Origin: Laetmonice hystrix
Taxonomy: Eukaryota
Length of the DNA: 64,000 nt
NCBI GenBank assembly: GCA_965235115.1
Contig: OZ249439.1
Span: 20,894,001 to 20,958,000 of the forward strand
Direction of reading: 5' to 3'
Every line of letters begins with the position of its first letter. Position 1 is the stretch's first letter. Positions 58,501 to 64,000 of the stretch are shown here, one piece after another. A program made the position numbers and the translations under genes. A model generated the notes under the pieces. That model worked only from the letters and a program-made list of their open reading frames with translations, was not told where the DNA came from and made no database searches.

Positions 58501-60644
58501 AGAGGATTCATATAGGGACCGTGGTCAACTTTAACAGTAAAATCTGACTTGAAGAAGATTAAATAAATGTGACATTGGCAATCAGTGGGTCTTTAGCGAA
58601 GTCGGTTTCAAATCTGGAAAGAAAGTAACGTCACATGTTCACCAGGGAGGAGAGGAAATAAAGTAGGGGATCCTCTTCAGGCCCAGATCTAGACGGGTGA
58701 TTCCTTTCGTGGGTGATGGTGCACAGGACACTGTGTGCCTTCAACCAATGGCAGGTGTTTTATCCCAGCCAACCCATTAGTAAGGCCAGTGGCATTGGTT
58801 GCAGATTGCTATGTTCCAATCGGTGACAGCCGCCTTCGTGGATGAGATTGATTGGTTGAAGAACAAGAAGACATTGCTGACGGCTGCCGTGTGCTGCGCC
58901 GAGTTCCTGCTTGGAGTACCGTGTGTCACACAGGTCAGTCTTCGCTAAACCACTCTTAAAAAACCGTAACATTTGTACTATAGTACTGGCATGTCGATAT
59001 TATTATAATGTATGGAACTTGAAAAGAAAGTCCACAATATTTACTGCAAGTAAATGTCATTTTAATATATCTTTTTCACATAAATTTCCCCAAAAGTAGT
59101 CCTAGCTATTACCTTATGTTCAAAGATACCTGTGACCTTTTGTTTATTTCTGTTAACGGTTTTCTACTGGAAGGAAGGGAGAGGAGGAGAGGGGAGGGGT
59201 AGAGAGAGAGAGAGTGAGTGAGACATACAAAGGAGACAGACAGACAGACAGACATACAGACAGGGAGAGAGAGGGATGGTGTCTGTGTGTAGAAGAGAGA
59301 GAAGAGTGTTGTGTATTGAGTGAGTTGTGTGTGTTATTGAAGTGATGGTGTTATTGAAGGGATGGTGTCTGTGTGTAGAAGAGAGAGAGAGTGTGTTGTG
59401 TATTGAGTGAGTTGTGTGTGTTATTGAAGTGTCTGTGTACTGTTGTAGGGAGGTATCTACTACCTACAAGTGATGGACTGGTACAGTTCGACATTCTCAT
59501 TGATGATCATCTCATTCACTGAGTGCATGGTCTTCTCCTGGGTGTACGGTCAGTATCCCTCCTCATCCAATTCTAGCCAACAAACTCTAGCGTTCTGAGC
59601 AAACAAAACAAACTTTCTTACGTTTCGAGAAAACCACTATTATTTTTGTGTGCCTTTTATAAGAGCTGGTAAGCTCTACTTCCATTGAGAGACCGAATAA
59701 CTGTCAGTATCTAGTTTAGAACCAATCCGTGTGTAAACTGACCACTCAGACGAGCTGTTACCTGTTATGACAGGTCTGAACCGGTTCTACAAGGACATCG
59801 AACTGATGATTGGCTACCAGCCATGTATACTGTGGAAGATTCTGTGGGGATTTATTACCCCAGCGACCATCCTGGTGAGTTCTAACCTGTCCTTGTGCTC
59901 TGCCGAGTGGAAACACAGAAAAATAAACATAAAATATAGCATCATTGTAAAAGTGAGAAATGTAACAATGGGATGCATATTATAAGATAAAGTTTACGAG
60001 ATGGTGGAATGAATGTCAAAGTTCGTTTCACCAACTGACCAGCGCCATGCCAAGACGAAAGCTGTGATTCAAGCTAATACTGCTAGGTCCGTGATTAATT
60101 GTTGCTAGTTGTGTATCGTTCCCATGATGTTGACGATGATGTATATGTGTTCGGTCAGTTCGTGCTGCTGTTCAGCATCCTGATCCACAGCCCGGTAACG
60201 TACGGCACGTACGAGTACCCACCCTGGGCTATCGGTATCGGCTGGGTGTTCGCACTCTGCTCCATCGTCCCACTGCCAATCTTGGGCCTCTACGAAATCT
60301 CCAAAAAGGAAGGCTCTATTCTCCAGGTAGGACAGGTCCTCCATTCAGTCAGAGATTTAATAATAACATTCGATCTACGCTCCGTCTTAATGTATTAGTT
60401 TTAATTTAGATAATCTCCTGGGTGGCAGGTTTTTACTGAGTACATGTATATGGTTTCTCCATGACAGCGGATCAAGGCAGCGGCCCGCCCGACGCCCACC
60501 TGGGGACCAGCTAATGCCGCCGACCGCGAACTCTACCTAGCGTCCATGGACAGCCCCGAGAAATCCATAGCCGACCTGGAGGCCATGGTACGACTGACAA
60601 GCCCAGACGAGATGCAGTTGGAGCAGAAGAAGTTGACCGTATAA
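40364..60644 (+). CDS. SLC6A9-like: SLC6 Na+/Cl- dependent glycine-transporter-like gene, copy B (12 coding exons, 630 aa)
   Basis: Exons 40364-40529, 40772-40903, 47307-47616, 47894-48026, 50428-50562, 50723-50951, 51112-51224, 58805-58933, 59449-59548, 59774-59874, 60159-60326, 60468-60644. All are GT-AG, 1893 nt in frame. TM6 [11 protein letters not shown]. The acceptor at 40351 implies an unlocated upstream exon. Confidence 0.95.
40772..40903 (+). CDS. SLC6 copy B exon (TM2, 132 nt)
   Basis: [28 protein letters not shown]...PLFK. Confidence 0.95.
46410..46616. repeat. 22-bp minisatellite, about 9.4 copies
   Basis: Unit (c/g)ccacggtcccaaacataccgt; g-variant units are 5', c-variant units are 3'. 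Confidence 0.97.
47307..47616 (+). CDS. SLC6 copy B exon (TM3, EL2, 310 nt)
   Basis: [21 protein letters not shown]...[15 protein letters not shown]...PSEEFW. Confidence 0.95.
47894..48026 (+). CDS. SLC6 copy B exon (TM4, 133 nt)
   Basis: [24 protein letters not shown]...KGIRSSGK. Confidence 0.95.
48265..48442. repeat. 89-bp direct duplication, 2 copies
   Basis: gtgcgtgaatgggatcatgcagtg...ggagcagacgac at 48265 and 48354. Confidence 0.93.
48925..49840. repeat. 52-bp minisatellite, about 17 copies, with higher-order structure
   Basis: Unit gagggaaccaaagcaaacagatggcgaaggttctgacagaatcccgcctggt plus a recurring 51-bp variant. Confidence 0.98.
50428..50562 (+). CDS. SLC6 copy B exon (TM5, 135 nt)
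   Basis: [26 protein letters not shown]...QWKELLSLR. Confidence 0.95.
50723..50951 (+). CDS. SLC6 copy B fused exon (TM6+TM7, 229 nt = 104+125)
   Basis: [18 protein letters not shown]...[19 protein letters not shown]...HEVVRQ, uninterrupted. Confidence 0.95.
51112..51224 (+). CDS. SLC6 copy B exon (EL4/TM8, 113 nt)
   Basis: [38 protein letters not shown]. Confidence 0.95.
52303..52356. promoter_or_regulatory. Pair of CTCF-consensus-like motifs
   Basis: GCGCCATCTGGTGT at 52303-52316 and GCGCCACCTGGCGG at 52343-52356, same orientation; sequence match only. Confidence 0.35.
58805..58933 (+). CDS. SLC6 copy B exon (TM8-9, 129 nt)
   Basis: [22 protein letters not shown]...LGVPCVTQ (missing from the ORF track). 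Confidence 0.93.
59183..59432. repeat. (GA)n/(GACA)n microsatellite followed by an 86-bp duplication
   Basis: agagagag, gacagacagaca; gggatggtgtctgtgtgtagaagag...ttattgaagtg at 59273 and 59359. Confidence 0.85.
59449..59548 (+). CDS. SLC6 copy B exon (TM10, 100 nt)
   Basis: [33 protein letters not shown]. Confidence 0.95.
59774..59874 (+). CDS. SLC6 copy B exon (TM11, 101 nt)
   Basis: [34 protein letters not shown]. Confidence 0.95.
60159..60326 (+). CDS. SLC6 copy B exon (TM11-12, 168 nt)
   Basis: [29 protein letters not shown]...SILQ. Confidence 0.95.
60468..60644 (+). CDS. SLC6 copy B terminal coding exon
   Basis: [27 protein letters not shown]...EQKKLTV-stop. Confidence 0.92.
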   Translation, partial: RIKAAARPTPTWGPANAADRELYLASMDSPEKSIADLEAMVRLTSPDEMQLEQKKLTV

Positions 60645-63478
60645 TGACGTACGACTGTATGTTCCAATGACAATATAAACTGAAAGCACCCACCATAGTG
60701 ATGAATAGATCACCATCGCTAGGGGTGGTAGCAAGCTGAGCTCAGCACACCGACACAGGGATGCTTGAGCCGGTTGAGGGCCACTGGGGGCCATGCCACT
60801 TCATGACGAAATGCCAGACTGATGAACTGCTGCCATAGAAGCTGTATATATAGCTTTCTAGGCTTAATACCCTATGTACTTACATATATCACATTGTGTG
60901 TATGCAACCTTTTTTGTATGTTCTATTTCTCAGTACTTCGGGTGTATTTCCATTCGTTTTGTAGCATTACCTTAGTTGTACCGTAAGAGGAAAGGAAATA
61001 CGGGAACACCAAGCCGGTCACCATTTTGTAGTTGTCCCTGACCACATGACCTAATATTGCGACTGGTGTGAGTTATGTGCACACCTACGGTGGTTTTGTT
61101 GTGTAGATACTGTTACTTATATGCAGGCCTCTGTATATTCGCATTAGTTGAATGTCTTTTGTTGTAAAAAGGCTTTAGCTGTTGCACGTTTTGCACGAGT
61201 AACTATAGGAGTGGCAGGTTTAGTGTTTGGCCTAAACCAGGCCCGAAGGAAATGATATGTTGGACTGGCACAATGTCTGGTTGTACCTCAAAATGAACCC
61301 AAGATAAGATTGGAAGAAAGCGCTATACGAAGTCGAAATTACGGCCCGTCCTATTTTTTTCTTTTAAATTTCAACTTATGTTAGGCTTTTGAAAGTTATG
61401 TTGAGGACTTTAGGAGTAAAGTTATTTGGATATTTCTCACCAAGAAACGTTGTGTTTGAGAGTGTCTGTTGTTGACCTAGAAATTCTATTCAGACAAAAC
61501 AGTAAGTGGATATGGCTGTTAATAAAACAGTATGGTAGCGTAATCCATCCTACATCAACTAATTGCATATTCGGAGCCAAGGAATCGATCTATCCACAGC
61601 TGACTAGAGTATGTTTGATGTAAGGCTGAACTTGCTGACTTACAGAAAGTAGTAATACTTCGTGCTGAATTGAGGCTGGCTGTACGGCTGTTGATATGAA
61701 ATGTTCAACGTAAGCTTTTTCATTGTATGTACATATCAGTATAACCTCATAGATGACATGCCACCATAAAACCCATGATCGTATTCATTCAAGCTACTCT
61801 GATATTTTATACAACTATTCTAGAAATTAGTATGATGACATGTATAAAGTTTAGCACAGAGACTTTTCACAAGTATAGAGATTCCATTATTATGTTACGT
61901 GATGTATATTTTTGAGCCATGCGAATCATTGTTTGAAATGCATTCTTCCCTTTTCCAATCCACTTTCAAGACGTGCATCCTCATGGTTAAGTTTTTTTTT
62001 GAAAGGTTCCATTTAGAAATCAATGATAAATGTAATTTTCGAAGGATTTTTCCATGTATTAGCTCCGACAAGCACAATGGTAGTTAACATCACCCCATTC
62101 CTCATGATTCATGCCTTTTACAGTATTCGTATAATCAATGAAAAATTGACCTGTGACTAATTGAAGGATTGAAACAGTCGTTGTGGCAGCTGAACTGTTT
62201 GGTGCTTGAACATATATACAAACTGGTACACTGAACTAGGGAAGAACAGGCAAAGGGCCGACCTACAAGAAAGGGGAAGTGTACGTGCAACCTCCCGTGG
62301 ATAAAAACTCGCTTGCTCGCTCACCTACCGGAGAATTCTCACACTATCAGGCGATGGTATTTAGATTTTTTTATTAAGTGAAAAAGATATAGAGAAATAG
62401 CAACGAATCCCAAGTCCCCTTTAAAAAGGAAATTTTGAGGTAAGGGTTTTATTGAAAAATAGTGATAATTGTCTTAACAGAAACTGAACAGGGACTGGTA
62501 CCTATGACTGATTGGAGAGAAAAACTTGGGTTAGTTAAAAACATGAAATACGTAAAGGTAGAATACTCGTGGTGGGAGGCATGGTCTGTCATAGGCCGAC
62601 CCGACTGTTGTGAATTCATGACTCAATATCCCCTGGACATTGAACTGCTGATATAGTTTACCTGTCTTAACGTCGAGCAAAGTATTATGCATTCATTGAC
62701 AAACAAACTAAATATATTTATTCTCTTATACGTGTGCAGTGTGTATATATAAGTATTGATGTGTGTTCAACAGGGTTGGGCGAGGGGTGTTCACGTTTTG
62801 TGTTCCCAAGGGCAATAGGCCGAGACAAAGTCTGCCAGGCTGTCTCCTGAACCATGTCAGGAGTGTGTACCAAACGAACCGTACACGGTATAAGGCGTTT
62901 GTCACGCCCCTTGGCGGGTGTTTATCATTGCTGAGATATATTGTGATGTATTATTTTTATCATAGAAGAAGAAAAGGTCATTCTGGATTAAAAAGATCTA
63001 GACTAAGACAGCAGCAGCATAATGCCAGGTACAACGCTCCTTGAAGTGCCTTCAAAGTGGCTTGCAAATTCAAACTGCCGAGCCAGTCAACATGAGCAAA
63101 GATCGGACATTGCAAGCAGGGGTAATGATGCTAAGAAATGAGTTAATTCCATCAGGGTTATTATGCTGTAAGCCATTTTAATGTCCATTCCCCGGCAATG
63201 ACTTAGAGGCTAATTTTACATACATATATTCCAAGTTGTCGTTTGTGTAAAGAGATTAAGTGCTGTGTATGGGAATGTAATCTTGAAAGCTGTCAGAAAT
63301 CGTAGATAGAAGAAAAATTACTGTAGATTTCATGCCATCCCAGACGTAGCAAACATTGGTGTAAATCAAGAATGCCGGGGTGTAACCAGCATACTGGCTA
63401 AATAATTGGATTCAATCTGTTGAAAAATCTGTAAGTTGATATGTTTGTATCGGAGAATATAAAGACGTCCTTGGCAGA

Positions 63479-63797
63479 TAGGTTCATACTGTAGGTATCC
63501 AATCAAACACTTTTAAATATCATGTGGAAACAGTTCGTTATAGAAGAATATTACCTTCCTCGTAAGTGGGAAATCTTACACACTCGTGTAGGTTCACACT
63601 CTTAGGTATCCAATCAAACACTGTTAAATATCATGTGGAAACAGTTCGTTATAGAAGAATATTACCTTCCTCGTAAGTGGGAAATCTTACACACTCGTGT
63701 AGGTTCACACTCTTAGGTATCCAATCAAACACTGTTAAATATCATGTGGAAACAGTTTGTTAGTTAAGAATATTACTTACACCGTAAGTGGAAAATC
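63479..63797. repeat. 110-111 bp tandem repeat, about 2.9 copies
   Basis: ggttcacactcttaggtatccaatcaaacac...cactcgtgta at 63481, 63591, 63702. Confidence 0.95.
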
Positions 63798-64000
63798 GTG
63801 GTTATGATTGATTACTGTATCATGAAAACATCGCTATCTGGAGAAACCAAAAAGATGTAGATGTAGCTAGCATCATTCTTAACGAGACTCAGTCAGGCTA
63901 GAAACGTAACTTAACGATTACTTCCATCGTTGTTTTCATGGTCATACCGAGTGCTGAGTCCATTTTGTACATATTACATTTTTACTGTCGTTTACACATT

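Overview
Eukaryotic, intron-rich animal DNA, probably from a marine invertebrate (spiralian-like, not determinable here). The left end holds an intact single-exon DEG/ENaC-family channel gene (677-2248, +). It is convergent with a small single-pass membrane protein carrying two PPxY motifs (2663-3076, -). Most of the window is two tandem, same-strand SLC6 Na+/Cl- amino-acid transporter genes of glycine-transporter type. Copy A has 13 coding exons (10429-25065) plus candidate upstream first exons; copy B has 12 coding exons (40364-60644). Every exon was assembled by hand from GT-AG sites and keeps frame. Notable points: a precise intron loss in copy B, a remodelled Na2 site and TM8 in copy B, a 5x tandem amplification of a 5' splice site in copy A, a non-canonical channel pore, several minisatellites, a MITE and a CRE-bearing hairpin. 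No CRISPR array, rRNA, intact tRNA or transposase was recognised. Coordinates were counted by hand and may be off by a few bases; no database searches were run.
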